Origin: Terracidiphilus sp.
Lineage (GTDB): Bacteria; Acidobacteriota; Terriglobia; Terriglobales; Acidobacteriaceae
DNA length: 64,000 nt
Direction of reading: 5' to 3'
Assembly: GCA_036520995.1 (NCBI GenBank)
Contig: DATDIQ010000025.1
Span: 42,149 to 106,148, forward strand
Below are positions 8,787 through 17,937 of this stretch, in pieces. How positions within the stretch are numbered: the first letter of the stretch is position 1; every line of letters starts with the position of its first letter. A model generated the notes under the pieces. That model was not told the DNA's origin, made no database searches, and worked only from the letters and a program-made list of their open reading frames with translations. A program made the translations under genes and the position numbers.

Positions 8787-9695
8787 TCAAGGCAAAACTG
8801 TGGAAGTCTCCTCGAAAATTTCTGGCTCCTTAAACCTTCCTTCTGCAGCACTTGCGTGCACCCGGAAGAGAACGTCCACCTTCCCCCGTTTTCCCATCAT
8901 CCGCGCCCACACATGGCTCTTGCAGGGGGCAATCTGCGCCTCCCGCGCTCCGATCTCCACCGCCATCCGACCCAAAGTCCGGGCCATCCTTTCAGGCGTC
9001 TCAGGCTCCTCGACCACCACTTCCTCGTACTCCGAAGGCACCGTGATCCGGGAGATCTGCTCCTCGCGGTCGGTAGGAGTGATGAAGCACGGCTCCACGC
9101 GGAAGCCGGTCATCTGCTCGATCGCTTCCAGAAGGCTGTGCTCCACCCGCGAAACAAAGCCAAGCAAAATTCGCCTCGCTGTCGCCGAGTAGTGCAGGGG
9201 CGCCGCCGAGCTGCTCCGTAACAGCGCCCGCGGAATATCCGAAAACACTAGCTGGCTGGTGAAATCCTGCGCAAACACCGGATAGCCCCACTGCGCCGAA
9301 CGCGCCGCCGCAATCTGCTTCTCGGTTGCCATGTTCATCTCCACCAGCGTCTCCGCCAGCTCATCCTCATCCATCTCGGAACGAACCGCGCCGCGGCGCA
9401 TGTCCTCGGCCGAGAGATATCCCTTCACATGCAGCGCCAGGCGCAGCGAAAGCCGCGGAAGCCGCGGGATCTCCGGCGCTCGACGGCTCGTCATCACCGC
9501 CAGCGGTGTGCGCATGGCCAACGCGAAGCAGTCGAAGCTGCAATACCACTGCGGTCCCACCTGCATGCCTGGCCGGCTGCCCGGAATGCTGCGCATCAGC
9601 TGCGTGTTATGGCACCCGTTGAAGTCGCATACGGCGCGCATGTTCTTCCATCCACGATCGACGGCGGGCAAAAACGACAGAAGCGACAAACTCAT
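8787..9695 (-). CDS. Cys4 zinc-ribbon + T2SSE_N (GspE-N/MshEN-fold) domain protein without an ATPase domain
   Basis: 302 aa, ATG at 9695 checked. N-terminal C-x4-C-x25-C-x3-C (YCSFDC, TRASH/FCS-like). The central region aligns by eye to PilB/GspE N-terminal domains (LAETLVEMNMATEKQIAAARSAQWGYPVF...RRILLGFVSRVEHSLLEAIEQMTGFRVEPCFITPTD). No Walker motifs. Confidence 0.6.
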   Translation of the reverse strand: MSLSLLSFLPAVDRGWKNMRAVCDFNGCHNTQLMRSIPGSRPGMQVGPQWYCSFDCFALAMRTPLAVMTSRRAPEIPRLPRLSLRLALHVKGYLSAEDMRRGAVRSEMDEDELAETLVEMNMATEKQIAAARSAQWGYPVFAQDFTSQLVFSDIPRALLRSSSAAPLHYSATARRILLGFVSRVEHSLLEAIEQMTGFRVEPCFITPTDREEQISRITVPSEYEEVVVEEPETPERMARTLGRMAVEIGAREAQIAPCKSHVWARMMGKRGKVDVLFRVHASAAEGRFKEPEIFEETSTVLP

Positions 9696-9722
9696 AGAAT
9701 GACCTCAGTTCTTTCCGTTCAA

Positions 9723-10520
9723 TCAGTTCAGGAGGTGCGATGCCACCGGCTGCGGAATATCCGTCACCCGCAGGCCGTAGTTTCCGTCCACCACCACCGC
9801 TTCGCCGCGCGCGATCAGCTTGCCGTCGAGGTACAGCTCCACCGGCTCATCGACCATGCGATCCAGCTCGATCACCGAGCCGCTGCCCAGTTCCAGCACT
9901 TCGCGCAGCGGCATCTGCCGTTGTCCAAAGCGCAGCGAGACATTCAGCTCGACGTCCATCACCAGCTTCAGGTTGTTCGCTGAAACCATGTTCTCCTGCG
10001 TCTTGTGCTTCGGTTCGCCGTTGCCTTCGTCTGGGAGCGCATCGAATAGCTCGCCGCCAAAGTAAAGCAGAGCCTGCACGTTCGCCTCGTCGCCAGGACC
10101 TGCGAGCGGCACCACAAACATGCCGCCAAAGGCCAGCCCGGCCACGCGATCGACCTTGAACTCCAGCTTGCCGTACTTTTCTTCAAGAGCCGCAGCCAAG
10201 TCGGTTGTGGCCGTCGCGACAACTTTAGCCAGCGCGTCAATGTGCTCATCGGCGAGCTCCGTCACCGGCTGCTTTACGATCCTTGCCACCAGATCCGTCA
10301 CCTGCGGCTCATAGAACTCCACGTAGCATTCGCCGGCAATGGATCCTGTAACCGTCAAGCGAAAATGAATCGGCGTGCCTTTATTCGACGCGGGATCGGG
10401 GCCGTCCATTGCCTCCAGAGGCCAGGGAGATCCAGTGGCTGTAGCCATCGCTTGAGCCAGCGCAGCCGCAAATGCTGCTGCGAAATGATGGGGTCCATTC
10501 TTCTTCTCTGGGGTATTCAT
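9723..10520 (-). CDS. fliY: flagellar motor switch protein, FliY-like (extended N-terminus + FliN/SpoA domain)
   Basis: 265 aa. The C-terminal 80 aa are a clear FliN/SpoA domain (LNVSLRFGQRQMPLREVLELGSGSVIELDRMVDEPVELYLDGKLIARGEAVVVDGNYGLRVTDI). The N-terminal 170 aa may be CheC-like. Confidence 0.8.
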   Translation of the reverse strand: MNTPEKKNGPHHFAAAFAAALAQAMATATGSPWPLEAMDGPDPASNKGTPIHFRLTVTGSIAGECYVEFYEPQVTDLVARIVKQPVTELADEHIDALAKVVATATTDLAAALEEKYGKLEFKVDRVAGLAFGGMFVVPLAGPGDEANVQALLYFGGELFDALPDEGNGEPKHKTQENMVSANNLKLVMDVELNVSLRFGQRQMPLREVLELGSGSVIELDRMVDEPVELYLDGKLIARGEAVVVDGNYGLRVTDIPQPVASHLLN

Positions 10521-10526
10521 GATCTC

Positions 10527-11483
10527 CTATCTCCTCTTCCAATCTGTCGACGAGACGCGGCGGCCGAGTTGCGCCGCACGCTGGGTTCCGTTGCGCACCG
10601 GGACGGCTTCGAACATCGAGCGTCCTCCTGCGGAAAGCATGCCGGGGTTGCGAATCGGCGCGCGCAGCTTGAGCACCGAACCGGGCCGCAGCGCAATCAA
10701 GTCCCGCACCGCAACGCGCAGGCCGGGCAGCTCCGACGACACCATGAAGTCGCAATCCAGAATGCGTTCGCGCAGCGGAGCCATGGGGAAGCTCCATACG
10801 CGCGTCTTCTTCTGCGGCTGATCGCTCTTGATCTGCGTCATCAGTCCATTCAAAAACTCCGCCGAAAACACCAGCTTGAATGCGCCCGAAATGCCGGCTA
10901 CTTCGATCACGAACTTCAGCACCGTCACCTTTTCGTTGGGCGTGAAACACTGGTGCATAAGGGCGGGCTTCAACCGCGACCCGGGAATCAGCGATAGCCC
11001 CGGTACGCGCCATACCGACTCTGCCTGGCGCACCAGCACCGTCATCACGCTCTGCATCACTTCTTCTTCGATCTCCGAAAGCTCGCGCGCTTCGCCAGTC
11101 TCCACACTCGTGCTGCCCATCAGCAGCTCGATGATCGGAAACACTAGATCCAGATCGAACTCCACTACCAGCGTGTTCGACGAAAAAGGCAGGATGTAGC
11201 TCATCGTCGGAATGCTGGCGATGTGCTCGCGAATGGGCAGCTGGTCGAGACTGTCGAGCTTTACTTCGAGCCCCGTCCCAACGTAAGTGTCGAGAGCGCC
11301 GGCCAGTTGCAGGGCAAACGTCTCGTGGATCGCCGTCAGCGCGCGCGCATCTTCATTCGACATGCGCCCCGCCGACCGGAAGTTGCAGGAGTGCACGGTG
11401 CGCTGCTTGACGACGGCCTTCGCCGCCGTATTGCTCTTCGCTGCCGCGGCGTCTGGATGATTCGTGCTAGGCGTGTTGCTCAA
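10527..11483 (-). CDS. fliM: flagellar motor switch protein FliM
   Basis: 318 aa with the FliM middle domain and a C-terminal SpoA-like domain. TTG start at 11483, and no in-frame extension is possible. Confidence 0.9.
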   Translation of the reverse strand: MSNTPSTNHPDAAAAKSNTAAKAVVKQRTVHSCNFRSAGRMSNEDARALTAIHETFALQLAGALDTYVGTGLEVKLDSLDQLPIREHIASIPTMSYILPFSSNTLVVEFDLDLVFPIIELLMGSTSVETGEARELSEIEEEVMQSVMTVLVRQAESVWRVPGLSLIPGSRLKPALMHQCFTPNEKVTVLKFVIEVAGISGAFKLVFSAEFLNGLMTQIKSDQPQKKTRVWSFPMAPLRERILDCDFMVSSELPGLRVAVRDLIALRPGSVLKLRAPIRNPGMLSAGGRSMFEAVPVRNGTQRAAQLGRRVSSTDWKRR

Positions 11484-12267
11484 GTTGTCCTCCCGCGGCC
11501 CGCATCGTGGAGGCCGAGTTCCGCTGCAGATGTTCGAGCGAGGCCTTCAGCTTGACCATGATTTCCTGGCGGATCTGTGAAACCCGCGACAGCGCCACGC
11601 CCACTACCTTGGCGATTTCCTTCATGGTGAGCTCCTCGCGATAGTAGAGCGACAGAATCAGCTGCTCGCGCTGCGACAGCTTGGCGACGGCCTCGGCAAG
11701 GTGCGCCTTCATTTCGCCTTCCAGGCACAGTTCGAAGGGATTCAGCTCGTCGAGATCGGGAGCCGATTCGATCACATCCAGCGAATCTCCTTGATCGTTC
11801 GCGACTGCGACCTTCTGCCCCGTGATTTGCAACGAATCGAGTTGGGCAATCAGTTTCCGCAGATGCTCCGGCTCGATCTGCATCTCCTGCGCAATCTCTG
11901 CTTCTGACGGATGGCGTCCCAGCTTGCCTTCGAGGCGCGCCGTCACTTCTGCGATCTCGCGGCCTCGGCGCCGCATGTAGCGCGAGCCCCAGTCAGTCTC
12001 CCGCAGGCTGTCGAGAATCGCCCCGCGAATGCGGAACTTCGCGAAGGTCTTGAACTGCACGTTCTTCGACCCGTCAAAGCTGCGCGTCGCTTCCAACAGA
12101 CCCACAACGCCCGCGCTCACCAGGTCCTCCATCTCCACGTGCTGCGGCAAACGCTCGCGGATGCGCGCGGCAATGTAGTAGACCTGCGGCAGCTCCTGCA
12201 TCACCAGGTCGTCCCCGTCAGCCGCGTTCGTTGCGCTCGTCTTGTAGGCCAGTTCCGCTGCGGTCAT
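11467..12267 (-). CDS. fliA: flagellar sigma factor FliA (sigma28)
   Basis: 266 aa with sigma70 regions 2, 3 and 4 (DLVSAGVVGLLEA; RELTMKEIAKVVGVALSRVSQI). ATG at 12267 checked, with an AAGGAGGTG Shine-Dalgarno. Confidence 0.9.
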   Translation of the reverse strand: MTAAELAYKTSATNAADGDDLVMQELPQVYYIAARIRERLPQHVEMEDLVSAGVVGLLEATRSFDGSKNVQFKTFAKFRIRGAILDSLRETDWGSRYMRRRGREIAEVTARLEGKLGRHPSEAEIAQEMQIEPEHLRKLIAQLDSLQITGQKVAVANDQGDSLDVIESAPDLDELNPFELCLEGEMKAHLAEAVAKLSQREQLILSLYYREELTMKEIAKVVGVALSRVSQIRQEIMVKLKASLEHLQRNSASTMRAAGGQLEQHA

Positions 12268-12304
12268 GGCGTCACCTCCTTTGCTGCCTTCACATCCTGC
12301 ATCT

Positions 12305-14383
12305 TCATCGCACCGATCCGAGCGACATCACCTGCGTCATCGGAGGAATCTCCGAGGGCGAAATCACTACAATCTTGGGAATAAACGGCTCCAGAACGCG
12401 CCGCAGATAGAACCTGCCCGGCGACGCGCACAACAGCACCGGCGGCGCAATCGCGATCTGGTCGCCCAGCATCCCGCGCAATCCTTCCAGCACGCGGCGC
12501 GCCACCGAAATCTGCATCGCTCCGCCAACCACCATCTGCGCATTCTGCTGCGTCGAGCGCGCGCACTCTTCTTCGATGGAGCTGTCGAGCGTGACCACTT
12601 TCAACCGCCCGTTTTCATCCAGGAGTGGCCGGATCAGCGCGCGGCCCAGCGCGTGCCGCGCGGCTTCCACCAGCATCACCGGGTTCTTGTTCGTGGCGGC
12701 GGTCTCCACCATGGTTTCGAGAATCGTGCCCAGGTCGCGAATCGAAACCTGCTCGCGCAACAGCTGCTGCAGTACCTTCTGCACTTCGCCCAATGTCATC
12801 AGCTTCGGAATCAGCTCATCCACAAGCTTCGGGTGCGAATCGGACAGCCGGTCCACAAGGCGCTTGGTCTCATGCCGCGTCAACAGATCATGCGCATTCT
12901 GCTTAATCAATTCGGTCAGGTGCGCCGCCAGTACCGCCGTGTGATCGACCACGGCATAACCCGCGGCAATCGCCTGCGCCTGCAGATCCGGCGTGATCCA
13001 CTTGGCCGGCGAATCGAAGGCCGGCTCGCGCGTTTCCTGCCCCTGCAAATCGCCGGGCTTGGGATTCGAGTTCACAGCGAGCAGTCGATCGCGCCGCATC
13101 TCCCAGCGCGCAATCTCCACGCCGCGCAGATATACGACATACTCGCGCTCCTTGAGAGATAGGTTGTCGGTGATGTGAATCGACGGAACCAGGAAGCCCA
13201 GCGTCTGCGCCAGATTCTTGCGCAGCGATTTGACCCGCGCCAGCAGCTGGCCGCCCTGTTTCACATCCACCAGCGGCACCAGTCCGACACCGACTTCGAG
13301 CATCAGGTCGTCCAGCTTCAGCGCGGCATCCAGCGGATCGAGCGCCGGCGCGCCTGGCTTGTCGCCCTTGCCCGCTACGCCTTTGGCGCCCTGTGCTGCG
13401 TCGGCTGCGGCCGGCTTCATCTTCCACGCCACGAACATCGCGGCTCCGCCCAGCGCGACGAACGAGACCTTCGGCATTCCCGGAATCAGCGCCAGCGAGA
13501 GCAGGCATCCGCTCACAATCCACAGCGGGCGCGAAGTCTTGAACATCTGCCTGCCGATGTCGGAACCCAGCGAGTGATCCGATGCCGCGCGCGTCACCAC
13601 GATGCCGCCGGCTACCGAAACCAGCAGCGAGGGAATGATCGCTACCAGGCCGTCGCCGACCGTGAGTATTGTGTAGGTCTTCAGCGCGGTTTGAAACGGA
13701 ACGCCCTGCTGGAAGACGCCAATCAGGAACCCCGCAATAATATTGATCGCCGTAATCAGAATCGTGGCCAGCGAATCGCGCTGGCTGAAGCGTGCCGCAC
13801 CGTCCATCGATCCGCAGAACTCGGCCTCGCGCGCCACGGCCTCGCGGCGCTGCCGTGCCTGGTCGGCGTTGATCAGACCGGTGTTCAGGTCCGAGTCGAT
13901 GGCCATCTGCTTGCCCGGCATCGCATCGAGGGTGAAGCGCGCCGTCACTTCCGCGGTGCGCACCGCACCGTGACTCACCACGAGGTATTGAATCGCGATC
14001 AACGCCAGAAAGATCACGAAGCCCACAATGTAGTTGCCGCCGACCACAAACTGGCCGAACGCTTCAATCACTTTGCCGGCCGCCGACGATCCTTCGCTGC
14101 CATGCAGCAGGATGCGCCGCGTCGCTGCCAGGTCAAGCGAGAGCCGCATCAGCGTCAGCAGCAGGATCATGCTGGGGAAGACCGAGAACTCGACCGGCCG
14201 CAGCACCTGGATCGCGGTCAGCAACACCAGCACCGAAGCCGTGATGTTCAGCGTGAGCAGCAGATCGAGCGCGATGCTCGGCATGGGAACCAGCATCACG
14301 AACACCAGGGCAACTGCAGCGGTGGGAATCACCCACTCGGAGTATTTGCGAAGGGTTGTCATCAATCCGGACTTCTCGTTCAC
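12305..14383 (-). CDS. flhA: flagellar export gate protein FlhA
   Basis: 692 aa with unmistakable FlhA conservation across the TM and cytoplasmic domains. GTG start overlaps the flhB stop. Confidence 0.97.
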   Translation of the reverse strand: MNEKSGLMTTLRKYSEWVIPTAAVALVFVMLVPMPSIALDLLLTLNITASVLVLLTAIQVLRPVEFSVFPSMILLLTLMRLSLDLAATRRILLHGSEGSSAAGKVIEAFGQFVVGGNYIVGFVIFLALIAIQYLVVSHGAVRTAEVTARFTLDAMPGKQMAIDSDLNTGLINADQARQRREAVAREAEFCGSMDGAARFSQRDSLATILITAINIIAGFLIGVFQQGVPFQTALKTYTILTVGDGLVAIIPSLLVSVAGGIVVTRAASDHSLGSDIGRQMFKTSRPLWIVSGCLLSLALIPGMPKVSFVALGGAAMFVAWKMKPAAADAAQGAKGVAGKGDKPGAPALDPLDAALKLDDLMLEVGVGLVPLVDVKQGGQLLARVKSLRKNLAQTLGFLVPSIHITDNLSLKEREYVVYLRGVEIARWEMRRDRLLAVNSNPKPGDLQGQETREPAFDSPAKWITPDLQAQAIAAGYAVVDHTAVLAAHLTELIKQNAHDLLTRHETKRLVDRLSDSHPKLVDELIPKLMTLGEVQKVLQQLLREQVSIRDLGTILETMVETAATNKNPVMLVEAARHALGRALIRPLLDENGRLKVVTLDSSIEEECARSTQQNAQMVVGGAMQISVARRVLEGLRGMLGDQIAIAPPVLLCASPGRFYLRRVLEPFIPKIVVISPSEIPPMTQVMSLGSVR

Positions 14384-15483
14384 TGCGGCCTCACTGTCGG
14401 TCTCTGCGGTACGGGTGCGTTCCTGTGCATGCGGTTTCTCACTTCGGCCTGCGCCTTGTAGATCATCACCAGGATCTCGGCCACCGCGTGATACAGCGCC
14501 GACGGAATGGGGTCGCCCACTTCTACGCTCTTATAGAGCGCCTGCGCCAGCGGCCTGTTTTCCATCACCGGAATATCCAGCTTCCAGGCAATCTCTTTGA
14601 TTTTTGCGGCCAGGTTGTCGAGGCCCTTGGCCACCACAATCGGCGCCGCCATGTTCGGCTCGTAGCGCAGCGCCACGGCATAGTGCGTCGGGTTGGTAAT
14701 CACCACGGTCGCCGTCTCCGCCGCCTTCAGCATCTGCCGGCGCCGTGACTGGCGCTGGATTCTGCGAATGCGCGCCTTGTTCTGCGGGTTGCCGTCGGTC
14801 TGCTTCATCTCGTCCTTCAGCTCCTGCCGGCTCATCTTCAGGTCGCCTTCGCTCTTCCACCACAGCAGCAGGTAATCGACTCCGGCCCAGATCATCAGCA
14901 CCAGACCCGACTTCCAGAAGAGCTGCAGCAGGATGCCGGTGATGAGGCTTGCGAATTGCCGCGCATCCGCATACGCACTGCCCAGAATCTCGTTCCAGTG
15001 CGCGTGAATGGTCGCGGCGCCGATCCATGCAATGGCTCCGAACGGCAAAAGTGATTTGAGAATCGTGCTCAGCGCCGCGGGCGAAAACATCTGCTTCACC
15101 CGATCCGCGGGATTCAGGCGGCTGAACTGGAACGCCAGCGCTTCGGGCGCGAAAACAAACCCCCCCTGCGCCAGCCCGGCAAGGATCGAGACCGCTCCTC
15201 CGGCCAGCACAACCGGAAAGACCCAGCGCATCGTTTCGACGCTGGTCCAGAACAAAAGCGGCCCGCCCGGCTCGATCGTTTCGGAGCCGGCGAGATCCAG
15301 CACGGTGCGGAAGTAGTGTGTCCAATGAGGAACGGCATCGCGGCCCATCAGGTAGACAACACCCGCCACGGCGGACATCGAAAGCGCACCGCTCAGCTCG
15401 CGCGAGCGGGTGACCATGCCCCGATTGCGCGCGTTCTGCCTTTGTCGCGGTGTTGCTTTTTCTGTTTTGCTAGAATCCGCCAT
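14380..15483 (-). CDS. flhB: flagellar export switch protein FlhB
   Basis: 367 aa, including the NPTH autocleavage motif (VVITNPTHYAVAL). ATG at 15483 checked. Confidence 0.95.
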   Translation of the reverse strand: MADSSKTEKATPRQRQNARNRGMVTRSRELSGALSMSAVAGVVYLMGRDAVPHWTHYFRTVLDLAGSETIEPGGPLLFWTSVETMRWVFPVVLAGGAVSILAGLAQGGFVFAPEALAFQFSRLNPADRVKQMFSPAALSTILKSLLPFGAIAWIGAATIHAHWNEILGSAYADARQFASLITGILLQLFWKSGLVLMIWAGVDYLLLWWKSEGDLKMSRQELKDEMKQTDGNPQNKARIRRIQRQSRRRQMLKAAETATVVITNPTHYAVALRYEPNMAAPIVVAKGLDNLAAKIKEIAWKLDIPVMENRPLAQALYKSVEVGDPIPSALYHAVAEILVMIYKAQAEVRNRMHRNAPVPQRPTVRPQ

Positions 15484-15489
15484 CGTCCC

Positions 15490-16260
15490 TCAACTCGCCA
15501 AATGAAGAAGCCGTTCCCCGTTCATCACCGCATCCGTAAACAAGCGGCGAAACAAGTCCGGCCAGTATCTCAACGTTGCAATCAGTACCGTGAGGCCCAG
15601 AAGACTCTTCACCGCAGGCCCCAGCAGCATCAGCGGCATCTGCGGCGAAGACTTGCCCAGCAGCCCCAGAATCACATCCGCCGCCAGCGTCGCTGCCAGC
15701 ACCGGCGCGGCAATCTGCACGCCCAACCCGAAAACCTCGCCGGCCGTCTTCAGAATCGACAACGTGAAGAGACTGTTCAACCGAACCGTGCCCGGCGGCA
15801 GATATTGATAGCTCTTGGTCACGGCCCTCAGCAGCCAGAGCTGCACGTCCATCTGCAGGAACAGCAGCATCACGATGCTCTGGTAAAACGTCGCCATCAC
15901 CGTCGTATCCACCTGCGTCTGCGGATCGAGGATGTTAATGAGCGAGTAGCCCATCTGGATGCCGAGCACCTGGCCGGAAAGCTGAATGGCCTCGAAAACG
16001 ATGTTGGTCGCGATGCCCATCCCCGCGCCGATCAGGAATTCGTTGAAGATCATGAACGGCCAGTGAGTCATGATCCGCGGATTGATCTGCTGCCCCACAG
16101 TCGGAAACAGCAGCAGGGTCATGGCGAACACAAAAATTGCCTTGATCCGGATGGGAATTACCACCGACCCGAAGAACGGCGCAAACAGCATGAGCCCCGA
16201 CAGCCGGACCCCGATGGTCAGCATCGCCGTGATCATCGTGAGCAGAGGGATCTCGATCAT
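15490..16260 (-). CDS. fliR: flagellar export apparatus protein FliR
   Basis: Polytopic membrane protein in the FliR position. ATG at 16260 (checked) forms an ATGA overlap with the fliQ stop. The longer ORF to 16326 would overlap fliQ by 70 nt. Confidence 0.9.
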   Translation of the reverse strand: MIEIPLLTMITAMLTIGVRLSGLMLFAPFFGSVVIPIRIKAIFVFAMTLLLFPTVGQQINPRIMTHWPFMIFNEFLIGAGMGIATNIVFEAIQLSGQVLGIQMGYSLINILDPQTQVDTTVMATFYQSIVMLLFLQMDVQLWLLRAVTKSYQYLPPGTVRLNSLFTLSILKTAGEVFGLGVQIAAPVLAATLAADVILGLLGKSSPQMPLMLLGPAVKSLLGLTVLIATLRYWPDLFRRLFTDAVMNGERLLHLAS

Positions 16261-16526
16261 CTCAGGTACTCGTGAAAGTCCGAGAAAGTTGTCAGCGTAA
16301 AAGAGGCCAGATGCCGCCACATCCACGGCATCGAAAAGAACAGCGCGCCGCCCGTCGCCACCAGGCGCGCCACCGTCGAAACGGTTGTGTCCTGCAGCGA
16401 CATCAGCACCTGGGCCACGTTCACCACAAGGCTCACCACGATGGCCACCACAAGAATCGGCCCCGAGAGGATGATCACCTCTTGCAGCATCAACCGGCCC
16501 AGCACCACTACCTGATCGACATCCAT
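16257..16526 (-). CDS. fliQ: flagellar export apparatus protein FliQ
   Basis: 89 aa with two TM helices and the typical FliQ sequence. ATG overlaps the fliP stop (TGATG). Confidence 0.95.
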   Translation of the reverse strand: MDVDQVVVLGRLMLQEVIILSGPILVVAIVVSLVVNVAQVLMSLQDTTVSTVARLVATGGALFFSMPWMWRHLASFTLTTFSDFHEYLR

Positions 16527-17443
16527 CAGCTAAAACTCCTCATGAGAGAACCGATCAAGAGATGCCAGCCATCCACCATCAGGAAGAGGAGCAATTTGAG
16601 CGGTGTAGATATCACCACGGGCGGCAATTGCAGCATGCCGACCGAGGTTGTAATTGAAGCCACAACCATATCGACAATCAGAAACGGCAGGAACAGCACG
16701 GTGCCGATCTGAAAGCCGGCCTTGAGTTCCGACAAAATATAAGCCGGCAGTAGAACGCGCATCGACACATCGTCCGGCGAATTCGGCCGCGGTTCCTTGG
16801 CCAGATCCACGAACATTGCAACGTCCTTCTCGCGGACATAGTGCGACATGAACTTCCGCATCGGCACTTCGCCGCGGGTCAGCGCTTCCATCGACGTGAT
16901 CTGCCCTGCCTGCAAGGGCAAAATCGAGGCCTGGTAGATCTGCTCGCCCACCGGCTGCATCAGGAAGAACGTCAGGATCAGCGACAACCCGATCAGCGTC
17001 TGGTTCGAAGGCGTGGTTTGCAGCCCCAGCGCCTGCCGCAAAAAATGGAAGACGATCAGCAGCCGCGCAAACGGCGTCACGCACAGCAGGATCGTAGGGA
17101 TCAACGTCAATCCCGTGAGCAAAATGATGATCGACCACGGCACTGCCTCGCTGCCCAGCCCCTGAATCTGCAATCCCGTGGGGCTGATCGGCTGCGAAAC
17201 CGGCGCCGGAGGTGGAGGAGGAGGAGCGTACTCGACATAGCTCGTGGGCATATCCGTCGACACAAACGGGATCGGCGGAATGCTCGCACTGCTTGCCGGA
17301 TCGGCAACCGAACTGTCTGCCGCCGAAGAAATGATGCTGCCCGCGGGCACCACGGACGGCGCCTGCGATCGCGCAGGTATCGCGATCGAGAACGCCAGCA
17401 ATGCGGTCATCGCGCATAGTCCGAGCCCCCGGGACAACTTCAT
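16526..17443 (-). CDS. fliP: flagellar export apparatus protein FliP (long Pro-rich N-terminal extension)
   Basis: 305 aa. The C-terminal 220 aa is canonical FliP (PWSIIILLTGLTLIPTILL...GFQIGTVLFLPFLIVDMVVASI). ATGA overlap with fliO. Confidence 0.95.
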   Translation of the reverse strand: MKLSRGLGLCAMTALLAFSIAIPARSQAPSVVPAGSIISSAADSSVADPASSASIPPIPFVSTDMPTSYVEYAPPPPPPAPVSQPISPTGLQIQGLGSEAVPWSIIILLTGLTLIPTILLCVTPFARLLIVFHFLRQALGLQTTPSNQTLIGLSLILTFFLMQPVGEQIYQASILPLQAGQITSMEALTRGEVPMRKFMSHYVREKDVAMFVDLAKEPRPNSPDDVSMRVLLPAYILSELKAGFQIGTVLFLPFLIVDMVVASITTSVGMLQLPPVVISTPLKLLLFLMVDGWHLLIGSLMRSFS

Positions 17444-17937
17444 TCAGCCGACTCCGCCATCTCCGCAAGAGTTTCGACATCGTCTACGGACTCCGTTTCG
17501 TCGTCGAGTGTCGTCAGCAACGACACGCCTTGCGTTCCACCGCCGATCAGGTATTTGCGTCCTTCGGCCTGCAGAATCGCGACAAAACGTTTCTCGCCCA
17601 GCTGCACTGTCTCGATCACCTGTAGCTGTTTCGGCGTCGCGTTGCCCACGCCCAGGAAGCCAAACATGCGGCCAAAGAGCGAAGGCTGCGGTGCTTCCGG
17701 CTCCGGCAGCCTGGGCCGTGGAACCCGGCGCGTCACCTGCTGGTGGCGTAGCGATTCGATCTTCCGCGGCTGGCCGTAGTTCGCCAGCGCAGAGGGCGCC
17801 ACCGTCGGTCCAAAGGCAGTGGGCACCACCGTCGGCAGGGTCGCCGCGGAGGCATATGCCCGCGCTTCGCGGGTGATCGGTTTCCGGGGAGCCCGGTGCT
17901 GAGAAGTTGGTCTGTCGACTGAGATTTTCAGATTCAT
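17440..17937 (-). CDS. fliO: FliO-like protein
   Basis: 165 aa immediately upstream of fliP. The C-terminal segment VIETVQLGEKRFVAILQAEGRKYLIGGGTQGVSLL resembles the FliO soluble domain. I see no convincing N-terminal TM helix. Confidence 0.5.
   Translation of the reverse strand: MNLKISVDRPTSQHRAPRKPITREARAYASAATLPTVVPTAFGPTVAPSALANYGQPRKIESLRHQQVTRRVPRPRLPEPEAPQPSLFGRMFGFLGVGNATPKQLQVIETVQLGEKRFVAILQAEGRKYLIGGGTQGVSLLTTLDDETESVDDVETLAEMAESAE

Noticed and set aside
16530-17480. 316-aa minus-strand ORF overlapping fliP in another frame
   Set aside because: The alternative frame gives canonical FliP. This frame is Arg/Ala/Gly-rich with no motif.
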